A DNA stretch of 63,940 nt, the filler included, from Rhizaria sp. SCN 62-66 (taxonomy: Eukaryota): NCBI GenBank assembly GCA_001724265.1. It is 5 parts of 5 records of this genome, joined end to end, with 100 filler letters (N's around TTAATTAATTAA, not from the genome) between each part and the next. Parts side by side here need not be neighbours in the genome. Positions count along the whole stretch, not along the records: positions 1 to 13,955 come from MEDY01000516.1; 4 more parts are not named here. One strand, written 5' to 3'. This document shows positions 1-13,300 of this stretch, piece after piece. The notes under the pieces were generated by a model. It did no database searches and had not been told where the DNA came from. It worked only from the letters and a program-made list of their open reading frames with translations. The first letter of the stretch is position 1; every line of letters begins with the position of its first letter. Position numbers and translations under genes: made by a program.

Positions 1-1
1 A

Positions 2-102
2 AGTGCTGTTTATCGGGGATGGGGAGCCTGGCCGAGTGCCGCCACACCACAAACATGTGGGGGAAGAGGCTCAATCGGCCCAATTCGCGACCCCCGTGTC
101 AA
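2..102. repeat. ~100-bp dispersed repeat, copy 1 (window start)
   Basis: 101 nt match 55907..56007 with 3 substitutions (positions 6, 14, 27). Confidence 0.9.
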
Positions 103-687
103 CAGCAACGTGCGGTTGTGACCAGCCCTCACCCATCCAATTAAATCATAGCCAATTTAGATCGTCATTCTCAGATTCAGCCTTTTGATATATTATTGAA
201 CGTAATATTTAAAACTCATTAAACTTGGTTTTTATTCCGAAAATAGTTATTATATCGAGATAAATTATATTTAATTGAGTTTTATTGCGTATGTGGTGAC
301 CAGAAGGGCAGCTTTTTTCAGTCCTGCTTCGTGGGCATAGAGCCGCTGGTTGCGACTGTTAGAAGAACTTGAGGCCTGGATTTAGAAGGATATATTTCGG
401 CGCCACAGAGGTTGGATTTAAATTCCATAAAAGGAACTGGTATATCAAACCGATTTGCTTTATAACATTCAAAACTGTATTGGTTGCGTTACTTGGTGAT
501 GCTTACTATGTTCTCGAATTCTCATGATCGTGCCTGCCACTCTCTTCAAACCTCGGTTTGTTTTTTTCCGTGCAGCAGCTTTTTCTGCTCCTTATTTTTG
601 CCGTGTTACGCGCACACCGACCCAAACACACACTTGGCCGTCGTATTCATCTACAAAAGCGCGTTTCTAGCGTGCCAAGTCGCCGCA

Positions 688-3600
688 ATGAGCGACCGAC
701 CGTTGGGGCCTCCCGCCTCCACCCCAGGGCTTGCCCACCCGCGCGCGACGCCCACCCACGCTACCAGCTCGCAGCACCCGGCTTCCGCCGCCGGCAACGG
801 ACCTGCACTATTCTCCGGCACGCCCACATCGCTCTCACAGTCGCTTCCCACAGCGCCGATGCCGGCCTCGCTGCCCCACTCAGCGTCGCTCACGTCGTCG
901 CTCGTCCCCGTCTCAGCCGCCGGCCAGCCCGGCTTCGGCCCCGCGCCGCACCCGTCCTCAGGCGACCCCCCGCGCGCAGTCCGCAGCAGCGCGGCTTTAA
1001 GCGGGCCACTGACTGTGCTGGCCACGTCGTCCCTGCCGCGCCCCACCATCTTCATGGTGCACCCGGGCGGCGGGCCCCACACGCCTTTCTCGCCCGCGAC
1101 GACAAACCCCGGCGCGAGCGTGCTCACGGCCAGCGGCGGCAACGCCGGGCTGGGCGGCGGCAGCCTGGCGAGCAACACGGCGCAGGTCACCGGCCTGTCC
1201 CCGCTGCCCACCAGCGCGCTGATCCGCGGCGCGGCGGTCGGCGGCGTGCGCCCCGGCGTCGTGCCCCGTCACTCGGCCTCGGCCACGCTCTCCGAGGCGC
1301 CCAGCTTCTCCACACAGGTCACCGAGGACGGGCTGCTCTACGCCGGCTCCTCGCGGCCCTCCTCCGTTGCCAACCCTGCCGTTAATGCAGCCGCGTTTGC
1401 CGCCAACGCCGCCGCCATCGCCGCCAGTAACTCCGGCACAGGTGCTGCCTCGGCGTCCTCCGCCGCGGCCCCGGGGGCCGGGCTCAGTGCGAGCGCCGGC
1501 GCCGTGCCCACGCTGCACCGCGGCGGCTCCGCCCCCGGCGCGCCCCCCGCGCTTTTGCTCTCCGCGTCAGCCTCGGCTGCGGGCGCTGGCTCCGGCCCTG
1601 GCTCAGGCCCCGCTCCACTCTCCGGCCCCGCCGGCCCCGGCGCCGCGGGCCCCGGAGCCGCGATGGGCGCCACACCGGGCGCGGGCACGATGGCCGCCTC
1701 GACGATCGGCGTCGGCGCCTTCTCGTCGCGGCCGCCCACCCCCAGTCGCTACAACTCAGCCGCGGCGGCGGCAGTGCATCCTCACATGCTCATGTCCGAC
1801 GCGCAGCTGCAGCTGCAACAACAGCAGCAGTATCAGCTCCAGTACAACCAGCACTATGTGCTGCAGCAGCATCAGCAGCAGGCGCTGGCCGCCGCCACGG
1901 CCGCCGCAGCCGCGCAGCAGCGACAGCAGGCGCGCTTCGTTGTCGCCACACCCGCCCCTTTCTCGCAGCACAACCAGCAACAACAGCAGCCACAGCAGCA
2001 GCAGCAGCAGCAGCAGAACGGCGGACACGCGGCCGCGCCCGCGACTGGCGCTGTCTCAGTCCCGCTGCCGACCCACGGCGCGCTCAGCGCCAGCGCGGAC
2101 ATGTACGACACGTCGGCCTCGCCCGCCGCGCCCGCCGCCGCGGCCGCGGTCGCTCCGACGCCCACCCCTGGCGTGGGCGCCACCGCCGGCGCTGGCGGCG
2201 CGGTGCAGCCGATCCTGCGTCCGGCGCCCAAGCGCGGCGACTCGGCCATGGCCACCGGCGCACTCGCCGCGGGCGCCCTCGCCGGGGTCGCCTCGGGTAC
2301 CACCACCCCCGTGCTCAATTCTGGCGGCAATGCGGGCGGCGCGGCTGTCGGCGCGGCAAGACTGGGCGGTGCGGGATACTTGCTCCACCAACAACCGCAG
2401 CCGCAGCAGTCCGGGGCGCAGAAGCTGGCCCCCGGCGCCGGCGCGGCGGCCGCGGGCAACGGCGGCAATGGCGGCGGCGGCGGCGGTGGCGGCGCGGGGG
2501 CGGCTTCGGGCTCGCTGCTGACGCCATCGCCGCCGCCAGCCTCGGCCGCCGCGCTCGCGCTCGCACAGGCCCAGGCGCAGGCTGCGCAGCTCCGCCAGCA
2601 GCGCCAGCTCCAGCAACATCAGCAGCAGACGCCGCAGCCCCAGGCGATGGGGGGCGAGCAGATGACCGCCGGGCTGTCGGGGCTGGTGCTGATCCAGAAG
2701 CTTGAGGACCAGGCGCGAACTGAGACGACCAGCGCGCTCGCCCGGGGGCCCGCGGCGCAGGCGCACGCGCACAGCCACGGCCTCGGCAATGGCCAGGCCT
2801 TTGCGACGGAGTATAATGTCGGCTATGGACAGCTTCCCCATTCGCAGCTGCAGCAACAACAACAACAGCAACAGATGCAACTGCAGCAGCAACATCAGCA
2901 ACAACTGCAGATGCAGCTGCAGCAACAGCAGCTGCAACGCGAGCAGCAGCGCGACGTCGTCGACGTCGACGTGAGCGGCTACCACCCCGCGGGCGCGGCC
3001 ACTGTGACGACCGACGGCAGCGGCAACCCTTACTCGCCCAGCGCGGGCGCCGCGGCCTACTACGACGGCAACGGCGCCATGGGCGAGTACGGCCACATCA
3101 ACCAGCACCACATGCAGCAGCAGCAGCTCCAGTACCAGCAGGAGCAGGAGCAGCAGCAGCTGCACCAACAGCAGCACATGCAGATGCAGTACCACGCCCA
3201 ACAGCAGCAACAGCTGCATGAACAGCATCAGTTCGAGCAGCAGCAGCAGCAGCAGCACGCTGCGCCGCCCATGACGTTGGACCAGGCATTCATTGCACAG
3301 CACGGCGACGTCATCGGCGGGCTCAGTAGCCTCGGCATCGGCCTCGGCACCAGCCGCATCTACCGCCCTGCCTTTCGCGGGCCGACGAACCTGCTGGGCC
3401 GCCTCACGGTGCACCTGATGCACACGCTGTCCGACATCAACACGCGCCACTACGCGGCCGCCAGCGAGAAGAACCCGCAGGCGCGCGACGCCGTACAGGC
3501 CGCGGCCGCCGCCCAGTCGGCCTCGCTTGCGACGGCGCAGCAGCAGTTCGATCGCAAGCAGCGCCGCCGCGCGCGCGACGCCGGGACGGGCGGCGACGCG

Positions 3601-3897
3601 GCCGAGCGTGAACGTGCGCGCCGCCCCGCCATGTCCGCCTCGGTCGCCGCGGCGCTGGCCGCAGAGGGCAAGGGCGGCGACGGCGACGAAGCTGCCCACG
3701 CCGGTCTGAACCGCAGCCACCACGGCCACGGCCACGGGCACGCAGGCGGCGGCGGCGCGAACAAGGAATCTGACAGCCAGCACCACGAGTACGCGTCCGC
3801 GGAGCTGCAGGCGCTGCCGCCGCAGCCGTGGGGGCCCGATGCGACGCTGGAGCAGTTCGCCGCGCACGGCCGCTCGCGCGCGCAGAGCCATAGCCAC

Positions 3898-3937
<40 letters not shown>

Positions 3938-6699
3938 TTCAGGAGCAGGAGCAGTCCCAGCAGAAGGAGGACGCGCATGTGCAGCTGCCGCTGCCGCGCG
4001 CGCCCCTCCCCGCCTCGGCCAGTGCCGCGGCCACGGGGATGGTGCTCGTGGCGCCCGGCTCCGTCGCCGCCTCGGGTTCACTGCCCTCGGCCGCGTCCAA
4101 CCCGCAGCAGCAGCAGCAACAGCAGGCTGAGGACCCCGCCGTGACGGCAGCGGCGATGGCGCGCGCCGAGGCCCGCGCGCGCCACCACGCCGCGCAGCAA
4201 CAGCAACAGCAGCAGCAGCAACAGCGGCAGCAGCGCAAGGGCGGCAACGGCGCCACCGGGGCCGAGACCGGCGACGGCGCCGCGGCCGAGGTGGATGAGA
4301 GCGCGTACCGTGCGCTGCCGGGCGGCTACTGCTCCGGCGGCCGCTTCAACCAATACCTGGGCGACCCTTACCAGCCGCCGCCGCGCGTGCTGACGGGCCG
4401 CATGCGCGTCGAGGGCGGACCGCCGCCGTTCGCGCAGGCCGCCGCGACCTTCGCGCGCCTCGCCGAGCTGCACGACTGCCAGGAGCGCGCCGTCCGTGCG
4501 GACCTCGCGCGCACCTCAGACGCGCTCCCGCCCGCGCTCAAGCGCGCAGAGGCGAACAAGGCCGCCGCATTGGCCGCCGCGGCCGCGTCAGGCGGACCCG
4601 CGCCGTCACCGGTGCCCGAGCTGGTCCCGCCGCGCGCGATGGCGCCCAGCGGCGTCGACGTGACGGGCGACGCGACGGGCGCGGCGGCGGGCAGCGCGGA
4701 TGGCGGCGTGGCACTCACGCGCGGCACGCTGCTGGGCGACGGGCGTTACTGCATCGAGGCCACCATCGGTCGCGGGTCGTTCGGACGCGTGGTGCGCGCG
4801 TTCGACGGCGTGGCGCAGCGGCACGTGGCCATCAAGGTCATCTCGGCGCTGCCGCTCTTCGCGGAGCAGGCGCAGATGGAGCTGCGCGTGCTCACCTCAC
4901 TGCGCGCCATGGGCTTCGACTTAGACACGGTGACAGTGCTTGACGCCTTCTTCCACCACGGCCACCAGTGCATCGTGCTGGAGCTGCTGGGCCAGTCGCT
5001 GTTCGACCTGCTGCGCCACCACAAATTCCGCGGCTTCGGCATCCGCGCCGTGTCGGTGTGGGCGCACTCGCTGCTCATGACGCTGCACAAGCTGGCACAC
5101 GCGCCGTGCCTCTACTCGCGCATGCTCCGCGTGTCTTCGCGGCCCGGCATCATCCACTGCGACATCAAGCCCGAGAACATCCTCGTCGCGTCACAGCACC
5201 AGCAGAGCGCGATTCGCCTCATCGACTTTGGCTCGGCGTGCTACCACCGTGAGCAGTCTTACACGTACATCCAGTCGCGCTTCTACCGTGCTCCCGAGGT
5301 GATCATGGCCGCGCCCTACACGTGCGCCATCGACATGTGGTCGCTCGGCTGCGTGCTCTTCGAGCTCGCCACGGGCGCGCCTCTCTTCCCGGGCAACAAC
5401 GAGAGCGACCAGGTTGTGCGCCACTTCCAGACGCTGGGCCCGCCGCCCGCGCGGCTTGTGCTGCAGTCCAAGAAGGGGCAGCGCTACTTCGCCGTCGACG
5501 GCGCGCGCGTCACGCTGCGACCCGAGTACCATCACCTGCTACAGCCGGAGGACAAGGTGACCAAGATCGAGGCTCAGATCGACGCCATCCCCGAGGTCAC
5601 GGACATTGAGAAGACGCTGTTCCTGCAGTTGTTGTCAGGCATGCTGGCCTACAGTCCATCGGAGCGCATCGCGCCGATGCAGGCGCTGCGGCACGCCTTC
5701 TTCACGCTCTACGCGCTGCCCGTGCCCTTCATCGATCTCTCGCATCTGCACGCGCCCGACGTCACGCGCGCGCTCTTCCGCTCCGCGCGCACGTGCCGCA
5801 TCATGCAGGTTCTGCTCTCCTCCAAGGCCGCCGCCGTCGCGGCGGCCAACGCCGCCAACGCCATTACCGACGCCTCCGACACGAGCGCGAGCAAGGACGG
5901 CAACGCGGCGAACGCGAGTAATAGCAGCGCCCTGACTGCGCTCGCGCCCGACTCGCGCGCCACCGCGGCCGGCGGCGCCGCGGGCGGGCTAAAGCGGCTC
6001 AAGGAGGCGCAGGGCTACCTAGAGCACGCGCGCCGGCTGCAGCGCCAGGCCGACGACATCGCCGCTGCATCGCTGCCCCTCATCAGCGGCGGACAGCTGC
6101 CGGCGGACGCGGGCCTGCCCGCGGTCACCACAGTCACCGGCGCCATGCCCGGCGAGGCGCAGCTCCTGCAGCCGTCGGCGGAGCCGCCGTTCAGAGGCGG
6201 CGCTCACTTCGGCAGCGCGTTCGGTGGCCTGGCCGCCGGGACGCTGCCCGCGTCCGCGTCGCTGCCGAACCCCTTCTCCTCCACAGCCGCCGCAGCCGCC
6301 AACAATGCGGTGCCGTCTCTGTTCCAGGCGCAGCAGCAGGCGCAGCAGCAGTTCGCGTCTAGATTCGGCATCGGCGTCTCTGCGTTCCCCGCGTCCACCT
6401 CGAACCCCACGACGATCGCGAGCGCAGCGGCGCACCCCCGACCCTCGACGCCGAACGCGTCGTCCAACGCCACGGGACGCTTCGCCATGGCTGGCACGCC
6501 ACTGACCGCGGTGACCCAATCCGTGCGCCACCTGTCGCTCGCGGAGCGACCCGTCGCCACTGCCGCGGGCGCGCCGCCGCTGTACCCGGGTCAGCAGCCG
6601 CTGCAACACCAGCAACAGCAACAACAGCAGCATTTGCAAGGACTGCACCATAGGTTGATGCCGCGCGCGTCGCCCGACCAGCGTCCCCAGCAGCAGTGA
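688..6699 (+). CDS. DYRK-family (DYRK1-like) dual-specificity protein kinase, ~2003 aa, with long polyQ/polyA N-terminus
   Basis: Motifs IGRGSFGRV, VAIKVI, HCDIKPENIL, IDFGSAC, YTYIQSRFYRAPEVI (YxY activation loop) and DMWSLGC. LGRLTVHLMHTLSDINTRHY resembles the DYRK1 N-terminal motif [20 protein letters not shown]. ATG 688 coincides with the shift to high GC. Ends in TGA; intronless. Confidence 0.92.
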
Positions 6700-7899
6700 G
6701 TGAATGAGTCAGTGTCCATTGGCCCACATGCAGCAACGCCAAGACACAACGCCGCAGTTGCGGCGACTGTTCAAGGCCTCTGTTAGAACTACACCAACGC
6801 CTTCCGTCAATTGAATGAAAGCAACAGTGAGTCCACCATGTCATCGTTCTCCCTTAGTACAATATGTTGCGCCTTTTCGTTCTCCTGTTGGCGTTTTGCT
6901 AGGGTTGTGCTTCTTTAGTCGTCGGTGTTATTTTGCACTGTTTCTAGAATCGCCATCGCATAACCCCACGCGATGCTTTTCCCCACTTGCGCAATTTCAC
7001 GTTAGTTCGTTCCTTCATTGTAATATCACACCTTTTTGAGTCGGTCCACACTTCCTTGTCTAACTAGCGGTCACATGTGTTTGCATATGCTCTTGCTTGT
7101 TCAACTTTGTGGTGGTATTTGTTTCCATTATTATAGTTTCTGTATTTTCATTGTGTATAATTCATTGCTTTATAGTTTATAATTCGCTTTCTTTTGCCTC
7201 ATTCTAATTACTTGGTGATCCTTGCTACAATAATTACACATTTGTTACTCAGAAATCTCATTCTCAATTGCACCTTTATCAAGGCCAAGCAATGTTCATT
7301 AGCCGCATTCCCGCATGCAAACCTAGGTTTGAACATGTAACGTTAATGTGTATTTACGACGTAGTATTGCAACACTTCAATTTCTCTCTTCACTCCCCAA
7401 GATGTACACTTTGGTCGACCGTGCGCGATGCACGCGCACACTGTTATGTCCTGTGCTAGATTTTCTTCACAGATTTGATTCGACCGCCACTTTCTCCAGC
7501 TTGTCTTTTCTTGCTCATTCTCACGTTTGTCTTTGATCGCTTTTACGACTGTTTCGCGTTGTATTGTGTCATTACCGAGTCAACATCATATGATGACTTA
7601 TCCAACAAGACAGCAACAAGTTGAGTACATTCGACGTAAAATACACCCTGTATCTTTCATCCAACTTCACATTTTCTCCGTATCATTTGATGCCGATCAT
7701 GTTGGCAAGCATAATGAAGCTAAAACACATTTGTATTCTTTGAAGCGAAACACGCCTCGTAAGGAGATGAACAGTGCAATGACAACAAAACAGAAGTATG
7801 ACAAACCTCGACAAACGAAAGCTAACACATACTAATCACAAACATACAGCGAGTGTGAACATGTCTTTCAGTACCTAGCTTAAAGCTACATTGCGCAGC

Positions 7900-10108
7900 T
7901 TAGAAGAACAAGTTATTGACGGAGCAGAGCTCCTGGAAGGCCTCCATCATGGAGCTGTCACCCATCATCGTGTACTGGCTGAGCGGCTGCGGCAGCTTGG
8001 CGAGCATGCGGCACGCCTCGGCCGCCTCGGGGCCCAGCTCGGTGCCGATGGCCTTGCGCGGAATCTGCGCCTTGGTCACGCGCGGCATGATCAGGGCGGA
8101 GCGCTGAATGCCACCGAAGTACACGGTGTTGATCGCCGTCACGGGCGGGGCCGAGCGGGAGATGGACAGCGGGAGCCCGTTGTTCTGGTTGACGTCGAAG
8201 CGGGGCGAGTTGGACGAGGAAACCGCAAGGCGGATCTTGTGGCCCTTGGGGAAGATGTATGCCGTCTCGCCCAGGTCGACCTCGACGTAGTAGACCTTGT
8301 GGCGCTCGATCCACTGCGGCAGCGCGCCGCCGTACTGGCCGTTGCGCCAGCGCATGCGGATGATGCCGTCGGTGACCAGGGCCACGTCGCCGCCCGGGGA
8401 GACGTGCTCCAGCTTGGCGGTATAGTCGGTGTCGTTGACGTTCGCGGAGGAGACCCAGAGCGCGAGCGCGACGGGGCCCACGATGGGGTAGTCCTCGGTC
8501 AGCTCGGGGGAGGTGAACAGGAGCACGTCAGCGCGGCGGTCAACAGTCGCCTGAGAGACAACAGAGCAAAGAAAGAAAAGCAAGAGGAGGCATAGTTGTG
8601 TTGTGAGTGAACATGATATGAGGGCACGCGATCATCGAAGATATTCAGGAAATATGGCGAAATAGAGTGCAGTGTGTGAGGAGCATTCGTTGCTGTCTCG
8701 CTATTGAAGCGTACCTGGTCGAGAGGACCGCAAGCCTCGAAGAGGTTGGCACCGCCGCGCGTGGGGACGGGGTTCTTGGGGTCGAAGCTGTAGGTCATAT
8801 TGTTGGCCTCACCGGCCGTGAATGCGAGCTTGTTGTCGTCGGCGAGGTACAGCGGCTCGGGCTTGTAGTCGGGCCACTGCGGCAGCGACGTCCAGTAGTT
8901 CCCGGGCCCGAGGAGCGCGTTCTTGGTCATGACGTAGAAGGTGACCTTGTCGACGCCCTGTGGCACGGGGGACGAGCGCGAGCCCAGGTTCCACATCGCC
9001 AGCTGGATTGACAGCAGCGCGCGGCCGAAGATGAGATTGGGGCGGAAGTACCCGGACGCGCTCTGGCAGTGGCCCAGCGGGTCGACGACGAGGTACGACT
9101 CGCCGCGCACCGCGGGCGCAGAGTACTTCTGGAGCTTGTTGAATCCGCGGACGGCACCGTTGCCAAAGATCTCGCCCCAGCCAGCCCAAACGACGGATGG
9201 GTTCTTAAAGTTGCCCCAACGAGCCTAGGAAAAAAAATCATGAACAAGAAAAGATACGTTAAAAGGAAATATATTTCGATGAAATTCGATACTATACCAC
9301 ATCAACTGAATTACATAACACATGACACACAATGAACTCGCAATTTAGATACATTCTTTTTCGAGACATTCTTTGCGATGTCATGTAGATTGCGACGTAC
9401 GTTGGTGATGTTGATGGAGTCCCACCACTCGGAGGGCTGCTCGTTGGCCTCAAAGGCCTTGAGCAGCTTGGTCTGCACCTCAGTGGAACGCACAGTCTTG
9501 CGGATCCACTTCTCGACGAGGCCGCGGATGTAGGCGCCGCCCTGGTAGATGGTGTCATAGGTCTCGCCTGTGGCGAAGATCATCGTCTGGCCCGCGAGCG
9601 CGGGGTGCGGGTTGGTGGCGATCACGAACGTCGAGATGCCGTCAGCAGAAAGGCCAAATTGGTAGATCTTGCCGTTGCTCCACTTCTGTTTGGTGAGCCA
9701 CTCCATGGTGTCGTAGGCGTCGTCGGCGTCGCTGCGCCAGGCGGAGAACTCGCCCTCGCTCTCGCCGGTGCCGCGCACGTCCTGGCCGATGGCGGCATAG
9801 CCGTACGAGAGGAACAGGCAAGGAAGCAGCTCCATCGCCATGTGACCGTAGGGAGAGCGCACCATCGACGCCGCGTACGTGGTTTGGTTCGTCAGCGGGA
9901 GGATAATCACGGTGCTGAGCTTGACGCCGTCGCGCATGGGGATCTTGACGTGGAAGAAGCCGGCGTGCAGGTCGCTACGCTCGCGAAGGGCACCAAACGG
10001 AACGCTATCCAGCGCCAGAGAGAGCGCCGAAGCAATAAAACCCAGCAAAAGCGCCGAAATAAGACCAAGACGCATGTGGGCCACTGTTCCATTCAAATTG
10101 AACGACAT
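7900..10108 (-). CDS. Secreted CocE/NonD family (peptidase S15-like) alpha/beta hydrolase, 3 exons
   Basis: Exons 10108 (or 10075)..9401, 9224..8715 and 8550..7900. Introns 9400..9225 (GTACGT..TAG) and 8714..8551 (GTACGC..CAG). Motifs IPMRDGVKLST, RSPYG, QDVRGTGESEG, WSNGKI, GLSADG, DPLGH, GHKIRLAVSSSNSPRF. Hydrophobic signal peptide. Stop TAA. Confidence 0.9.
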
Positions 10109-10649
10109 GACATGTTTAAAGAGAGTGAGTGGAGGTGCATGATAGGGGAGACGTCGACATGAAACGGAAAGACGATTATAGAAACAAATACGGATCATTT
10201 AACCCATGACACTGAATAAACAAAATTGATAATATGCGATTCTTTTGGAAATATCGTTTATTCTTCCATTGACGAACAATTTACAACGCAAGATATCGTT
10301 TCATTTCGTTGCACGATTGAATCGGTCTATCGGACGGACGCTCCAGAGCGGTTCCGAAAAATGAAAAGAAAAGTAAGTATTTCCGTCCGAAAAGAGGTCC
10401 TCCGGCTTTGAACTCTAGTGGAGACTATCTCTGCATGATTACGGGTACTTCTTGACATTGAGATGATAATGAGATGCACAACCTGCTGTTGCATACTGAT
10501 ATACTACTTACAGCCGCGGGTATACCCGTCTTCTTTCTTGTTTTTCATGTTCATCTTTCCGCGTGCTTGCGTTGTGCCTGTCTGCCTTGCCTTAATTGTC
10601 TCACTTTTACCAACCTTGTTCACCTTTGGTTACACTCACCTAGTGTGCA

Positions 10650-12523
10650 ATGCGCTTCACCGCCATTGTTTTTGTGCTGGTCGCTGTGCTGGCGCTCGCG
10701 TCTGCCGAGGAGGGTATCTTCAAGGTCTCCGAGTACCAGAACTGTACGTCACCTAACCTCCCCCTCCATCCTACTTTCGGAGTGCTCTACTTGCTCTCTG
10801 GCGCGTTCCTCTGCTCTGATTTCACGTGTGTGATGTCCTTGATATGATGTCATGTGTTGTTTCTATGTCCATGTCCCGCTATTGTACATCTGCCTTGCAT
10901 GCTAACGCTTGTGGCGTCATAGGCTTGGTTAAGTCGTTTTTCCACCCCACTCCAATTGTGTAAACATGGCTCATTCCTTCATTGCTTGTCTTCTATCCAT
11001 TCATGTAACACTCAACAGTCTTCACCAACTTTATGACCAAGTTCAAGAAGACCTTCTCTGCTGCGGCTGTCAAGCTGAAGCTCGAGATCTTCAAGAAGAA
11101 CGTCGACAAGGTCACTCAGCACAACGCTAACAAGAAGGCCAAGTTCCAGCTTGCCATCAACCAGTTCGCTGATCTGAGCTCTGATGAGTTCAAGAAGATG
11201 TACCTCGGTCTTAAGGCTCCCGCCAGTGCCTACCGTTCGCTTCTCGAGGCCAAGTCTGCCCTCTTTGACACCCCCCAGGCTGAGATCGCCTCCCTGATGG
11301 AGCTCTCTGCCGAGGCTGATGCCGAGGTACGTTGCATCACTCATGCAACCACCTGATATGTCTTTAACTCTTGACACCAGTCGCCCGCTCCGGTCTTCTT
11401 TGCCACTGTATTCATTGACTGGTTGTGTTGAAACGACTCTTACGAACCTGTACTTGTTCTATCATCTCTCACACATGCAATGACTTGTTTCTGCTTTGTT
11501 TTCTACGTTTTGTCTTTTCTTCTGACACAGGGCGACGACAAGCCCAAGAAGAAGACCAAGAAAGAGATCAAGGCCGAGGAGGAGGCTGCCGCCAAGGCCG
11601 CCGCCGAGAAGAAGAAGGCCCTGGAGGACTCTCGCCGCGAGGCCGCGGCCCGGCTGGAGGAGGAGCGCGCCGCGCATGCTAAGGCCCAGGCTGACCGCGC
11701 CGCCAAGGAGGCCGCCGACAAGGCTGCCTTCGAGGCCTTTGCCCCCATTGACTGGGTCAAGGCCGGTAACGTCGGCGCCCCCAAGCACCAGGGCAGCTGC
11801 GGCAGCTGCTGGTCTTTCGGTACGTCATGGTCCAACTCATTCTCTTAGTTCTTTAAGCTCGTCGTTCTTTACTATCTTAGATTATTGTTGCAAATAAGAC
11901 TACAATCATCTGACAATGATACTGTCTATATTTGTTTTTCCTCTTGATTTTGCGTGTTTTTAGCGACCATCGCGACCGTCGAGTCCGCGCTGAGCATCAA
12001 GCACGGCATCCCCGCGCCTGTCCTCTCTGAGCAGTCGCTTGTCAACTGCGACACCTCCAACAACGGCTGCAACGGCGGCTGGTACTCGGGCTCCTTCAAG
12101 TTTGTTGTTGACAAGGGCGTGTTCTCCGACGCGTCCTGGCCCTACAAGGCCAAGAAGGAGGCATGTGACATCGCGTCCCGCACCAAGGACAAGTACTCGA
12201 TCACGAGCAGCCAGAACCTCTACGGCTCCGACCAGGCGCTGTATGCTGCGCTGCGCGTTGGTCCTGCCGCCGTGGCGCTCGATGCCAGTGACCTCCAGCT
12301 CTATAAGAGCGGCTACTTCAATGCCTCGTGCTCCACCTCCTTTAGTACCTTCGTCAACCACGCCGTCGTGCTCGTCGGCAGCGGCACCGATGGGACCCAG
12401 AAGTACTGGAAGATTCGCAACTCGTGGGGTTCTTCTTGGGGAGAGAACGGGTACTTTAAGCTTCCTGTTACTGGCACCAACAACTGCGGAATCCATGTCG
12501 CTGCATACAACGCCATCGTCTAA
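10650..12523 (+). CDS. Papain-family (C1A) cysteine protease, cathepsin L-like, with I29 prodomain, 4 exons
   Basis: Exons 10650..10743, 11019..11326, 11531..11819 and 11964..12523; all donors are GTACGT. Signal peptide, ERFNIN-like IFKKNVDKVTQHN, INQFADLS, QGSCGSCWSF, GCNGG, NHAV, YWKIRNSWG. Stop TAA. Confidence 0.95.
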
Positions 12524-13300
12524 GTCTGCTGTAAATACGATTTAGTGTGGCCGCGGTTTTGATGAACTTACATCTGTCATTAAACACGTATTACGCAAGT
12601 AGCGTCTTTCTATGCACTGAACTGAACTGAACTGAACCAACGTTTGTACATTCCCTGAGTCTATGAGTCCCTTTAATGTTAATGCCATCGCTTTGTGTGT
12701 AACTCTTTGCCGTGCGCCTTTTCGTGCAGTCATTATCAACTTGACTGGCGGCGGGTGGTGCGTTGCAACAGTGTAGCCTTAGACATTGATTACGTCACCA
12801 TTATATCCTTTTTGTGAAGAAACCATGCGATTTTGTTGTGAACCTGATTTCCCCGACTCTTGCGTCAAGATCATACAGCTGCTTCTTTTGAAACAACCAC
12901 GGCCGACCCGGGTGTCATATTTATAATCGCCCTGAAATATAAAACAGTGTTGGACACTATATATTCGAATTTTAGTTTCGTCGTCCCATATTTATCAGTG
13001 GTTTCACTGGCTAAGTCAGTATAGAAGGTTGCTCCACAGTCAGCTTCGATCAGTTCTTGACCGTGAAATGTACAGACCTACAATGCCCTTAACCAAAGTG
13101 AGGGGTTTAGAAGAGACGTTGGGCGACTTTTTGCCTGCAATTATCGCCTTATTGCAACCACGGCTACTGACTGCACTGTGGTAAAATCACTGTAAAGCTA
13201 TTGTATACGTATATTATAATATTGGCTGTGCTCATCTCTCGACTTATCTCAAACTATTCCAACCTTTTCCGTCGCCCCTTCTTTCTCCTTAGTGTGTACG

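Noticed and set aside
484-687. Upstream extension of the kinase ORF
   Set aside because: Starts at a non-ATG codon, low GC, UTR-like; ATG 688 preferred.
12617-12637. (CTGAA)4 tandem, plus many CAG/GCC/AAC triplet runs elsewhere
   Set aside because: Simple microsatellites or homopeptide-coding tracts; no CRISPR-like repeat-spacer structure seen in the window.
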